DNA from: a virus
IMG/VR virus record: IMGVR_UViG_3300044856_000216
Location: 96,001 to 160,000 of that record
Length of the DNA: 64,000 nucleotides
Direction: 5' to 3' (one strand)
The translations under genes were made by a program, and so were the position numbers. Under the pieces are notes generated by a model. It saw nothing but the letters and a program-made list of their open reading frames with translations. It was not told the DNA's origin and did not search any database. Each line of letters starts with the position of its first letter. Positions within the stretch are counted from its first letter, which is position 1. This document shows, one piece after another, positions 1 through 8,712 of this stretch.

Positions 1-257
1 ATCTCTTCTGTTGGTTCACCAATAAGATTGTATCTTTCCTGTCTGTAATGCTCTGGATTATCAGTATGAACCTCTTCTACATATACTGCATTTCCCATTT
101 TACTTGCATCACATCCAAACCCACTTAATGCAAGTACAATCTGATACTTTGCTTCTCTAAATTCTAGTTTGAAAAAATCTGGTTTAATTACTACCAACTT
201 ACCTTCAATATTGTCACTTAATGGTTTACATTCGCTTCTATCAATTATTGTTTTCAT
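1..257 (-). CDS. hypothetical protein (C-terminal part lies left of the window)
   Basis: ATG (rc of 255-257) follows a GTGAGGT SD. The frame stays open to position 1 (MKTIIDRSECKPLSDNIEGKLVVIKPDFF...). It is absent from the ORF track only because there is no stop in the window. Confidence 0.6.
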   Translation of the reverse strand, partial: MKTIIDRSECKPLSDNIEGKLVVIKPDFFKLEFREAKYQIVLALSGFGCDASKMGNAVYVEEVHTDNPEHYRQERYNLIGEPTEE

Positions 258-303
258 ATTTTGTACCTCACTTTCTTTTCAAGAAACAGTTCTTTCCTTT
301 GGT

Positions 304-1188
304 TTATGCTACTGCCCCAACGCTGTCATACAATGTTTCGCTTACTCCAAAATCAAGTGCAACATCCTTAATAAGTTCATCGCCCCACTTATCATTAAAA
401 AATCCCCAACAATTGTCTTTTTCTTCCCAATCATCGGTATCTGCATCATATTCTTCTGTAATAATTCCGTACACTTCGCCAGTCAGATACTGATCATATA
501 CCTCAACTTCTCCTTCCATCCACTGATAAGCTGCTTTCTTCCAATTTCTATCAGTAATTTTTACATAATTTCCATTTTCATTTTGCAACATTCCACCAGT
601 TTCCATAATTGTCTTTTTATCTGTATAAATATATCCGACTTGACCAGAATCCCATCTATCACTAAATCCACCAGTATTCATTGTGATTCCGCTATGGTCA
701 TACAGATAAAGTGGAAGATATACAATGTTTGCGTGTTTCTCTAACAAATACCATTTATCTTTCTGTGGTAAAGCTTCAATCATATCATCGACTAACCAAT
801 CAAGTGATTCATATTCTTCTATTACATCAAATTTTGCTTCTCTGCTTGTGCCAAGTGGAAACCAATAATATGTTCCCCATAACTGCCACATCTGTTCATG
901 TCTGTCATATCTCAACTCAAGTCCATTAGATGCTTTCTTTGCCTTGATATAATTGATGATTGATTTATCTTCTACATTTTCCCTTATGAGATTATTTAAA
1001 AAGTCCTCATTGTCGTTGTAATCATTATCCTTATAATCTCCCAGTCTATAATCTCTATGCCAACACATCATTTTGCCTATTTGACCATCCCAATCGTACC
1101 GTGGATCAAGTGGTTCATTATCCTGTTCAATATGTAGTCTCATAAGCTTTCCGTTATCTTTATAGTATCTGTATTCTTTATCTGCCAT
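304..1188 (-). CDS. conserved hypothetical phage protein (~294 aa)
   Basis: ORF track 304-1197. The ATG at 1188 lies 9 nt after GAGG; the upstream TTG is less likely. Long ORF in a co-directional gene block. Confidence 0.75.
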   Translation of the reverse strand: MADKEYRYYKDNGKLMRLHIEQDNEPLDPRYDWDGQIGKMMCWHRDYRLGDYKDNDYNDNEDFLNNLIRENVEDKSIINYIKAKKASNGLELRYDRHEQMWQLWGTYYWFPLGTSREAKFDVIEEYESLDWLVDDMIEALPQKDKWYLLEKHANIVYLPLYLYDHSGITMNTGGFSDRWDSGQVGYIYTDKKTIMETGGMLQNENGNYVKITDRNWKKAAYQWMEGEVEVYDQYLTGEVYGIITEEYDADTDDWEEKDNCWGFFNDKWGDELIKDVALDFGVSETLYDSVGAVA

Positions 1189-1206
1189 ATCAATCAACCT
1201 CGCTTT

Positions 1207-1845
1207 CTATGCTATCTGCCTTACTATATCTTCAATGTTTCCATTCATTACAATCACAGCATCTTTGTTATCAGGATGTTCATTCATAAAATCTCTTAAT
1301 CCTTCAAACTTCTTATTGTCTGCATTTTCAATCATCTGCCTTACATCTTTATTGTGCAGCTTAATCAGATAAACCTTTTCATAATACTGTTTGAATAATA
1401 GATTTTTCTTTTCACAATACTGCTTAATCAAGTCAATCTGTTTCTGTTCCTCTTCTCTGATTGCTTCAACCCTTGCTTTCTCATTGGCTTCTGCTTGTTC
1501 TTTTCGCTTACGATTTCCAATCAGATGATTAAATAATGAGTTTGTTTCACACAGATTCTTAATAACTGCATTGTCAATGTCATATGCATCAGGATTATCT
1601 TTGTCAATCCACCATAAGAAATTATCAATCGTCCTGTTGAAATTCTCTTCAAAGATACATCTGTTACCAAGATTTCTGTTGTAAATTTCCTCTCCGTTTC
1701 GCTCAATCCGTAATGATATATATACATTTTCATCTGGTTTATTGTTATAGATAGTCCATTCATATCTATCCTGTCTGCCATATACGGTTAATCCGTATGC
1801 ACTGCATAGCTGCTTCTCTTCATTCTTTAAATATAAAAGTCCCAT
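1207..1845 (-). CDS. hypothetical protein
   Basis: ORF track 1207-1878, trimmed to ATG 1845, which follows GGAAGGAG. Confidence 0.65.
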   Translation of the reverse strand: MGLLYLKNEEKQLCSAYGLTVYGRQDRYEWTIYNNKPDENVYISLRIERNGEEIYNRNLGNRCIFEENFNRTIDNFLWWIDKDNPDAYDIDNAVIKNLCETNSLFNHLIGNRKRKEQAEANEKARVEAIREEEQKQIDLIKQYCEKKNLLFKQYYEKVYLIKLHNKDVRQMIENADNKKFEGLRDFMNEHPDNKDAVIVMNGNIEDIVRQIA

Positions 1846-1892
1846 TCTGTTCTCCTTCCTAATAAATAAGACAGACACATTTTGTTTGCGTC

Positions 1893-1910
1893 TGCCTTAT
1901 TATTCTCTGT
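1893..1910 (-). promoter_or_regulatory. copy of the ACAGAGAATAA motif (minus strand)
   Basis: rc reads AATACAGAGAATAATAAGGCAGAC. Lies between the stop of 1912-2157 and the start at 1845. Confidence 0.5.
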
Positions 1911-1911
1911 A

Positions 1912-2157
1912 TTAGTCTTCATCTTCTTCAAAATCAATATCATCTCTTTCAAATTCATCCGAATCAAAAAGATATTCTGCATTGGTTGCAACTGGAATTT
2001 CATCAATATGATCTTGTGCATAAGCAAATGCAATATCATACTGTTCTTCTTCTGTTTTACCTTCTAATAATTCTACAGGAATATCAATACCTGTATCTCC
2101 AACAAATGTATAAGCCATACTAATATGCAATCTTTTTGTTTTCTTTGTATCTGCCAT
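1912..2157 (-). CDS. small acidic protein
   Basis: ORF track. ATG 2157 follows AAAGGTGA. C-terminus is ...DSDEFERDDIDFEEDED. Confidence 0.6.
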   Translation of the reverse strand: MADTKKTKRLHISMAYTFVGDTGIDIPVELLEGKTEEEQYDIAFAYAQDHIDEIPVATNAEYLFDSDEFERDDIDFEEDED

Positions 2158-2202
2158 AATTATCACCTTTTACCTTTCTAAAATTTCACTGTAAATTACA
2201 AT

Positions 2203-2418
2203 TTACTTTGCTTTTTCGTTCTGAAATACAACGTCTGATATTTGTTTTATTAATCTTTCAGCATCATTAACTCTCCTTGCTAAAACATCATCTGTACAAA
2301 AATCCCATTGCTCATCTTCATTTACCTTTTTTATTATCTGTAACGACTGAGATAATAACGTGTTAATGCTTCCTAATGTTTTTAATGTATTATCTTTATC
2401 AATAATATGTTTTGCCAT
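2203..2418 (-). CDS. hypothetical protein
   Basis: ORF track 2203-2439, trimmed to ATG 2418, 9 nt after AAAGGAG. Confidence 0.55.
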   Translation of the reverse strand: MAKHIIDKDNTLKTLGSINTLLSQSLQIIKKVNEDEQWDFCTDDVLARRVNDAERLIKQISDVVFQNEKAK

Positions 2419-2432
2419 ATAATCACGCTCCT

Positions 2433-2780
2433 TTACCACTCAGGCTCTTTATCAATCAAGCCCAAGTAAAATTCATGCTTTGCTCCATCATTAAAATATT
2501 CTCGCAAATCAGCAAGTGTTTTAGCTCCATTTTTCAACGCTTTATAATCTGCAAGTACCATATCATCTGTATATTTTGTATACTCGTTCCTACCAATGCT
2601 TAATCTAAAAGTTTCACCTGTTCTAACCCAACCCCATTTCCCTGTATTTTTTGCTTTCGGATAAGCACCTATCATATACCCATATAAATCTGGATATTTT
2701 TCTGAATTTTCGCTATGCCAATCTTCAAGCTGTATTTTCGTTCCGTCTGATAAAACAGTCTTGTCAATTATTTTCTGCAT
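2433..2780 (-). CDS. hypothetical protein
   Basis: ORF track. ATG follows GAAAGGAAGG. Confidence 0.65.
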   Translation of the reverse strand: MQKIIDKTVLSDGTKIQLEDWHSENSEKYPDLYGYMIGAYPKAKNTGKWGWVRTGETFRLSIGRNEYTKYTDDMVLADYKALKNGAKTLADLREYFNDGAKHEFYLGLIDKEPEW

Positions 2781-3045
2781 AACACTCTACCTTCCTTTCA
2801 ATTCTAAACCTCGTATTTTCTGGATATGCTTCATAAATTCGTTTACACCAATTTTCATCCTTAATACATTCAGTTAGATATTTGTTATCAGGTGTGAAAT
2901 AATATGCCTTGCGTCCTTCTTCTGGTGAATCATCTATTGTATCTTTCCATTTTGTGATAATCACCATTTCATATTTTTTGTTTCCGTCATATGAAGTACC
3001 AGCTAAATGAGCTGTGTATAATTTGCATTTACTCATATCAGTCAC
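2764..3045 (-). CDS. hypothetical protein
   Basis: ORF track (GTG start); ATG at 3036 is an alternative start. Confidence 0.6.
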   Translation of the reverse strand: MTDMSKCKLYTAHLAGTSYDGNKKYEMVIITKWKDTIDDSPEEGRKAYYFTPDNKYLTECIKDENWCKRIYEAYPENTRFRIERKVECYAENN

Positions 3046-3217
3046 TAATCCTTTCTCTCCACGTCTTAATTCGTACAGGATAATTTACATTTTCTTCATA
3101 TGTTTTTAACTGTGCTTTTGCATCTGCATAATCTTCACAATTACATTCAATATCCCATCCATAACCACAATTTCCTTCAATTGCATAACAATCCTTTGTT
3201 TTTCTTTTATATGCCAT
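3038..3217 (-). CDS. 59-aa Cys-rich mini-protein
   Basis: Own translation: GGAGGAAAAATAATT-ATG, MAYKRKTKDCYAIEGNCGYGWDIECNCEDY...RISD*. Below the 60-aa track cutoff. Fills the gap between neighbouring genes. Confidence 0.5.
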   Translation of the reverse strand: MAYKRKTKDCYAIEGNCGYGWDIECNCEDYADAKAQLKTYEENVNYPVRIKTWRERISD

Positions 3218-3219
3218 AA

Positions 3220-3531
3220 TTATTTTTCCTCCTTAATATCATCAGTAAAATAAATGTATTTAAACCATGCACCGCCCCATTCAAGAGCAAGTTTTCCGTT
3301 TGATTTATTCACTAAATCTGAAATTATATATTGTGTGTTTCTATCCATACCACCAGTTGAACCAGACCAATTGATACATAGCTTAACCCCATCTTTATCC
3401 CAATATGTTGTTGTATATGGATCAGTTCCGTTGCCATCTCTATAATCATTTAAATCAATATTTGTTTGTGTTTTGACAAATTCGATTATTGCATCATGGT
3501 TCTTTTTATAAGTTGAATTATCAATCATCAA
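3220..3531 (-). CDS. hypothetical protein
   Basis: ORF track; packed in the minus-strand operon. Confidence 0.65.
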   Translation of the reverse strand: MMIDNSTYKKNHDAIIEFVKTQTNIDLNDYRDGNGTDPYTTTYWDKDGVKLCINWSGSTGGMDRNTQYIISDLVNKSNGKLALEWGGAWFKYIYFTDDIKEEK

Positions 3532-3932
3532 TATTCCTCCTCATAAAATTTAATTGTTCTTTCCTTTTCAGCTTCATATTTAACTTTATCAGTGAATAAT
3601 GTAAGATAAATATCACCCTCTGTATATGTAAACACTGCCATCTGTTCATCTGAATAAGCATAAGAACTATATCCGTCTACCTGAACCAAGTCGAATTTGC
3701 ATTTCTTTGCGAACTGGTAACTTAAATCAGACATCCAATGTCCACCTAACATGTAATTACCATTTCTATCTTTTGTCTCTTCCATGAAGTTTACATTTGC
3801 AATTCGTTTTGTATCTTCATTTAGTGAATATGAAGATAAATCTAGGTCTGCAATTTCATATTCGCTTTCTACTTTCTTTACTCCAAGTTTTCCAATTAAT
3901 TCAAAATATTCATTTCTCGGAACATATTTCAT
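3528..3932 (-). CDS. hypothetical protein
   Basis: ORF track 3528-3941, trimmed to ATG 3932 after AAAGGCAGG. Confidence 0.65.
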   Translation of the reverse strand: MKYVPRNEYFELIGKLGVKKVESEYEIADLDLSSYSLNEDTKRIANVNFMEETKDRNGNYMLGGHWMSDLSYQFAKKCKFDLVQVDGYSSYAYSDEQMAVFTYTEGDIYLTLFTDKVKYEAEKERTIKFYEEEY

Positions 3933-3950
3933 ACTAATCAACCTGCCTTT

Positions 3951-4361
3951 CTAATTAATCCAACTTTTTGTAACTGTGTCATATGTAGCTCCATTTGCAT
4001 CCTGATACTCAATATCATCTGAATATGTAAACACATAGCACTTGTGATTACTAATTGTTTTTATTTCTCTTTCACCATGCATAATTGCATATCTTTCTCT
4101 GAATCCTGCGTTATCACACATTGTACGCATTTCTTCATCTCGCTTTGGATTTCCACAAGCTGTCTGAACACATCCATATAGCCAACCATTCAAATAATCA
4201 ATGTTGTAACAATACTGTCTCCATGAATCTGAATCATCAGTGAATACATAGAAACTCTCTCCATCGTCTCCTCTTGTAATCCGTGGATAACCAAAGTTTG
4301 CAATAAATGCCCGTAAATTGTCTTTAATCATTTCCATTTCATTTTTTGTGAAATCATACAT
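3951..4361 (-). CDS. hypothetical protein
   Basis: ORF track 3951-4376, trimmed to ATG 4361 after GGAGGAAACGATT. Confidence 0.65.
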   Translation of the reverse strand: MYDFTKNEMEMIKDNLRAFIANFGYPRITRGDDGESFYVFTDDSDSWRQYCYNIDYLNGWLYGCVQTACGNPKRDEEMRTMCDNAGFRERYAIMHGEREIKTISNHKCYVFTYSDDIEYQDANGATYDTVTKSWIN

Positions 4362-4384
4362 AATCGTTTCCTCCATTTCCTGTA

Positions 4385-4424
4385 ATAAAAATAGGCAGCT
4401 AGGTATTTATTCTCCTAACTGCCT
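4385..4424 (-). terminator. intrinsic terminator-like hairpin
   Basis: AGGCAG...CTGCCT stem (imperfect inner pairs), followed on the minus strand by ATTTTTATT. Confidence 0.5.
4400..4417 (-). promoter_or_regulatory. GAGAATAA motif copy inside the hairpin loop
   Basis: rc reads TTAGGAGAATAAATACCT, 46 nt upstream of start 4361. May be coincidental. Confidence 0.3.
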
Positions 4425-4428
4425 TTGA

Positions 4429-4569
4429 TTAATTACTAGATAATGAATTGCACAGTTTCCGTACTGGACAATTCTCACATACACTATTATCATTAAGTGT
4501 ATCTTCTACACAATTTAAGCATACAACGTCTACTGCATCCAATATTGCATTTTCTTTTTCTTTATCCAT
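4429..4569 (-). CDS. 46-aa CxxC...CxxC mini-protein
   Basis: Own translation: GGAGTAATACAGA-ATG, MDKEKENAILDAVDVVCLNCVEDTLNDNSVCENCPVRKLCNSLSSN*. Confidence 0.45.
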   Translation of the reverse strand: MDKEKENAILDAVDVVCLNCVEDTLNDNSVCENCPVRKLCNSLSSN

Positions 4570-4613
4570 TCTGTATTACTCCTTATCTTGAAATTTTAGT
4601 TTCAAAGCTAAAT

Positions 4614-5150
4614 TTAACTCAATGCTGCAAATCTTTCAGATACGATTTTAAAGCCATTTGCCTTTAAAACTTCCACTGCTTTTTCCGTATCTTTTTTAAC
4701 TTTACGATTATGTTTAAGAATTAAGTTTTCCATTTTATCGTAATCTTTTGAGTCATAATATGTATGCTTAAATCTAAATCTAAGTTTCGCTATTTCTATT
4801 GCCTTTTCTAATCCTTTATTTGTCCATATCTGCTCAAAATGATAATTTGCTGGATTTTTCACTAAGAATACATAGCATTTATCTGCTACAGGTAACAGTT
4901 TTTCTCTTACCAATTTATCAAAAGCATCATCATATGTTGCAATTTTATTTAATTCTTTATGCGAGTTTATATCTTCTATATCGACATTCTCTGATAAAAT
5001 AATATATTCTATTCTGTTTACCCAATGAATCCCTTTATGATAATAATATATTCCATTACCATCACATTCTGTAAAAATACACCATCCATTTTTGTTGATC
5101 AATTCTATCTGATCATTATTCACATCAGAAATTTCTGTATATTTTACCAT
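4614..5150 (-). CDS. hypothetical protein
   Basis: ORF track, 178 aa. Confidence 0.7.
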   Translation of the reverse strand: MVKYTEISDVNNDQIELINKNGWCIFTECDGNGIYYYHKGIHWVNRIEYIILSENVDIEDINSHKELNKIATYDDAFDKLVREKLLPVADKCYVFLVKNPANYHFEQIWTNKGLEKAIEIAKLRFRFKHTYYDSKDYDKMENLILKHNRKVKKDTEKAVEVLKANGFKIVSERFAALS

Positions 5151-5192
5151 CTTTATTCCTCCAATTTCTTAGTAAATCTTAGTTTCATTCGG

Positions 5193-5477
5193 CTAATACG
5201 CTAATACAGATGTATAATAATCTAACTCAGCTTCATCTAATCCATATTCTTCAGCAGATTCAACGTCTTTCAGTATATTAAAAATCATATCTATTGTCAT
5301 ATCTAACGTATATGATTCCCAATATTCTTCTTTTGTTAAATCATCATCTTCTGAACCGAGAAAATAAAATGCGTTATCACCAATTCTACAGCAAATGCCA
5401 ATACATCCTGCATATTCTTCTTCGATTGAAACAGTTCCAGATTCAAAACCATTTCTAATCATTTCTCTTGTAATCAT
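5193..5477 (-). CDS. small acidic protein
   Basis: ORF track; D/E-rich 94 aa. Confidence 0.65.
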   Translation of the reverse strand: MITREMIRNGFESGTVSIEEEYAGCIGICCRIGDNAFYFLGSEDDDLTKEEYWESYTLDMTIDMIFNILKDVESAEEYGLDEAELDYYTSVLAY

Positions 5478-5520
5478 GTCCTATCCTCCAATCTTCTAAA
5501 GAAATGCGAATTTATTTGCC

Positions 5521-5655
5521 TTATCTAAATACATCAATACAAGATAATGGTACATTTAATTCACTTGCTAATTTCTTTCGTGCATTAAATTCACTTTCGG
5601 CTTCTACTTCATAGCTTTTCATTGTTACTGTACAAAATAATTTCCATTTCATCAT
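5521..5655 (-). CDS. 44-aa hypothetical protein
   Basis: ORF track 5521-5706, trimmed to the ATGATG that follows GAAAGGAAGG. Confidence 0.4.
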   Translation of the reverse strand: MMKWKLFCTVTMKSYEVEAESEFNARKKLASELNVPLSCIDVFR

Positions 5656-5687
5656 AATTACCTTCCTTTCTAAAGAAACACGCATAT

Positions 5688-5909
5688 TTAGTGCCAACTT
5701 TCGCAAGTAGAATTTCTGTCAACTAATCCTTCTACTTCTGTACAATATCCTTCATAAGTTGTACAAGGATTATACGCACTGCATCCGTCACAACGCTTGC
5801 ACTTTCGCTTTGAACTGCTTACAATATGATACATATTCGGTTCTACATATTTCTCTTTAATGTCTTCCCATTGTTTTTGAGTTACTTTTAAATAAGCATT
5901 TACAATCAT
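5688..5909 (-). CDS. Cys-rich small protein
   Basis: ORF track. ATG follows GGAGGT. Confidence 0.55.
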   Translation of the reverse strand: MIVNAYLKVTQKQWEDIKEKYVEPNMYHIVSSSKRKCKRCDGCSAYNPCTTYEGYCTEVEGLVDRNSTCESWH

Positions 5910-5949
5910 TTTCTCTTACCTCCATTTTTAATGAGATACACAAATTTCT

Positions 5950-6198
5950 TTACTCTGTATCGCATAATGTATATCCCATTCCTGCTAATACATCTGGTGC
6001 ATTATCATAATTGATTTCCTCAAAATCTTCTTCCATCCATGATAAAGTGCCCTTACAATCACATTCAGGACAAGTATCATTTCCGTGATTTATCAGCATT
6101 ACTCTTCCGCAGTTACTGCACACCACAAAATCGCAATATTCACTTTTATTTTCATTTGTAACTCTGTCTAATACAATATTTACAATATTTTCATCCAT
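5950..6198 (-). CDS. zinc-ribbon-like small protein
   Basis: ORF track. Two Cys pairs: CSNC and CPEC-DC. Confidence 0.6.
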   Translation of the reverse strand: MDENIVNIVLDRVTNENKSEYCDFVVCSNCGRVMLINHGNDTCPECDCKGTLSWMEEDFEEINYDNAPDVLAGMGYTLCDTE

Positions 6199-6244
6199 TT
6201 TTAATCACTATTTACCTTCCTTAAAATCCATAGGAAACACGCAT

Positions 6245-6496
6245 TTACTCAGTTACTCCCAGCTCTACCATACAGATATAAAAATATCCATCTCCGTTTC
6301 TCTCTTTAAAACATAATGAATCTTCATAACTTTCATCTTTTACATAGCGAAAATCATTATCATCAATATATTCTTCTTTTCTCTTTTTCATATCTACAAG
6401 AGCTTTCTCTTTATTTGTGAATAATTTCATATCACATCCTTCTACACAATCAACATCTCCGTCCATATTGTAATTCTTTTCATATACTAAAAACAT
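6245..6496 (-). CDS. hypothetical protein
   Basis: ORF track 6245-6574, trimmed to ATG 6496 after GAGGTGATTAT. Confidence 0.55.
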   Translation of the reverse strand: MFLVYEKNYNMDGDVDCVEGCDMKLFTNKEKALVDMKKRKEEYIDDNDFRYVKDESYEDSLCFKERNGDGYFYICMVELGVTE

Positions 6497-6530
6497 ATAA
6501 TCACCTCTACCTTTCCGAAGAAACCATTTA

Positions 6531-7313
6531 CTACCAGCTAATCTCACAAGTTTCCTTATTAAAGAAATAAGCATGATTACTTAATACCTCTTCGGGTTCA
6601 ACTTGTGTTTTATTTACCTCACGAACCATATTTGAATACATTTCCATATCTGGATTATTGTCAATGTGAATAATACATTCGTGAATACTTGATGGAAGAA
6701 TTACAAGGTTACTATTATATTCCCTTGCAATATTGCTTAATAACTCCTTGTCACAAATTGCAACTGCTCCATTTACCTTTTCCTTATTTGTAACAATAAT
6801 CATTTTTGCTTCATTCAAATTAAGAAGTTCGTCACACCCTATCATATCGGCAATCATCTTTGCCATATCTTCAACAAGAATATTTTCTTTTGCATTTAAC
6901 AATGCTCTTGCAAAAATCTCATCTTCGCTTACTTCTTTAAACATCCCTGGCTTTACCTTGTATGTAGCATCTTCTGCGACTTTTACCCTGACATACATTT
7001 CCATATCAAGATAATCCCTCTTTAAAATATTTTCATTTGTTTTTCTCTGTAAACAAAGTTGCAAGTTATTTTTTGCATAATCCCACTTTACGATCTTATC
7101 CGTATTTATATCCATTTTTGGAATGTTTTCATAAATATTAATAATTTCACTTACACACTCATCTACTGTATAATTTAAGTCGGGATAAATAGTAGGTCTT
7201 ATTGTACCTTCACCTATAATTATTCCGACTTTTTCAATTCCATTTTTTACCACTGTTGTACTTTCTGCCTTGTATCCTCTGTTATTTAACTCTGCAATAA
7301 TTTTATTCATCAT
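6531..7313 (-). CDS. conserved hypothetical protein (resembles DUF5688-type proteins of Firmicutes mobile elements)
   Basis: ORF track, 260 aa. The ...LVILPSSIHECIIH...VNKTQVEPEEVLSNHAYFF pattern is recalled from that family; not searched. Confidence 0.6.
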   Translation of the reverse strand: MMNKIIAELNNRGYKAESTTVVKNGIEKVGIIIGEGTIRPTIYPDLNYTVDECVSEIINIYENIPKMDINTDKIVKWDYAKNNLQLCLQRKTNENILKRDYLDMEMYVRVKVAEDATYKVKPGMFKEVSEDEIFARALLNAKENILVEDMAKMIADMIGCDELLNLNEAKMIIVTNKEKVNGAVAICDKELLSNIAREYNSNLVILPSSIHECIIHIDNNPDMEMYSNMVREVNKTQVEPEEVLSNHAYFFNKETCEISW

Positions 7314-7357
7314 AATTTTTTACCTGCCTTTCTTCTAATGAAATATCCATTTACTCT

Positions 7358-7576
7358 TTACTCTAAATCCAAATCATCTTCATCACAAACAGATCCGCAC
7401 TGTCCATCTGATGTAAGAATTAAGGCTCTATAATCATTTCCTCTAAATGATGCTATGCCTTTACCTTCTTCAATATATCCAATGTATTCTCCATACATAT
7501 CACCTGATGGTTGAAATACAATTTTCATATCTTCATCATAGTCATCCAACATTCTTTTTAATTCACCAACTGTCAT
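7358..7576 (-). CDS. small acidic protein
   Basis: ORF track, 72 aa, D/E-rich. Confidence 0.6.
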   Translation of the reverse strand: MTVGELKRMLDDYDEDMKIVFQPSGDMYGEYIGYIEEGKGIASFRGNDYRALILTSDGQCGSVCDEDDLDLE

Positions 7577-7582
7577 ATTTAA

Positions 7583-7918
7583 TCACTCACTTTCATTTTC
7601 AAACTCGTCAATAAACTTTTGTGTAAACCTACCTACTTTGTAAGTTCCATAGTTTACCTTTACCTCATCCGTAATTTCCAGATATCCGTTCTCAACCATT
7701 GCATCAATCAGATCAGGGCAATCTGTGCTTAAAAATGATTCTCCCTCATCAAGTGAATACTGTGGAATATTGATTGTTACATCTCCATACAATTCGCCTT
7801 TTTCATCACCACTTGCAACAAACGCAAGAACTGCTTTTCTATGGAACATATCTGCGTATGTATCTACTACAAAAGATACTTCGCAATCATTTACTTTTAT
7901 TGTTTTCATTTTCATCAC
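7583..7918 (-). CDS. hypothetical protein
   Basis: ORF track. Confidence 0.65.
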   Translation of the reverse strand: MMKMKTIKVNDCEVSFVVDTYADMFHRKAVLAFVASGDEKGELYGDVTINIPQYSLDEGESFLSTDCPDLIDAMVENGYLEITDEVKVNYGTYKVGRFTQKFIDEFENESE

Positions 7919-8367
7919 TCCTTACTATTTGCGCCATCTGCAAATCCATCATCGTAACCCTTGTTATACATAGGATTCTCAAACTTTGTATTCGCTATTG
8001 GTGAATCTTCTTCAATGCCAAAGAAAGATTTCTCTTCCTCTGACATTTCACAGATTTCGTCAAAATATTCAAGAGCACTTTCTCTGTCGTCAGAGATAAG
8101 TCCATCTTTGAAGAGTGTTGCAAGTTCTTCAAGTCTGCATCGTGGGATATATCCCTCTTCAGTTTTGTATCTAAAAGCATCAATCGCTTTTGCTAATGCT
8201 TCTGCTTTTGATATTGGTGAAAATTCACCAAAGTTGTAATAGACATATGTCCATACCCATTCACCTTTTGCCTTGTCAAGCCTATTGACTACCGCATATT
8301 CATCCATCCGTGTTTTACGGAGAATTAATGCATAATCACCTTTTTCCATTATTACTTCATATTTCAT
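7915..8367 (-). CDS. hypothetical protein (sits where a HicB partner would be)
   Basis: ORF track. Starts 5 nt after the HicA-like stop. No HicB motifs recognised. Confidence 0.65.
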   Translation of the reverse strand: MKYEVIMEKGDYALILRKTRMDEYAVVNRLDKAKGEWVWTYVYYNFGEFSPISKAEALAKAIDAFRYKTEEGYIPRCRLEELATLFKDGLISDDRESALEYFDEICEMSEEEKSFFGIEEDSPIANTKFENPMYNKGYDDGFADGANSKE

Positions 8368-8372
8368 TTTTA

Positions 8373-8600
8373 TTACCTCCTACTACTAATTTTTGACAAT
8401 AACTCTCTGCCACCCTTTAGCGAATGCCTTTTACATTCACCAAGCCATAGCATTCTATTTAACGACTCTGGAAGACTTATTACATCTCCCTTTTCATTCT
8501 CATATATGTAATGAGAACCTGATTTCCGTTTGATATGGTATCCGTTCATCTCCATTACTGGATTGACGACACGGATATCACTATGCCATCTTTTGCTCAT
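8373..8600 (-). CDS. hicA: HicA-like mRNA-interferase toxin
   Basis: ...NGYHIKRKSGSHYIYENEKGDVISLP... matches the HicA/YcfA core (G-S-H followed by a beta hairpin). 75 aa. Confidence 0.65.
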   Translation of the reverse strand: MSKRWHSDIRVVNPVMEMNGYHIKRKSGSHYIYENEKGDVISLPESLNRMLWLGECKRHSLKGGRELLSKISSRR

Positions 8601-8694
8601 TTGTTTTCTCTCCTTTTATTTATTTGACCGTATAGCCGTTATCCCAGCTATTATGCATTATTTATGCATATACCATAACTATGCACTTCCTTTG

Positions 8695-8712
8695 CATATA
8701 GTTATTCTCTTA
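8695..8712 (-). promoter_or_regulatory. GAGAATAA motif copy (minus strand) upstream of hicA
   Basis: rc reads AGAGAATAACTATATGCAAAGG, 100 nt upstream of start 8600. Followed by four TATGCA(T/C)-type repeats. Confidence 0.5.

Noticed and set aside
169-744. Plus-strand track ORFs 169-744 and 221-493.
   Set aside because: Both are antisense to two well-supported minus-strand genes. Their translations are low-complexity and Ser/Phe/Ile-rich, they have no SD, and they run against the strand of the whole 14-kb block.
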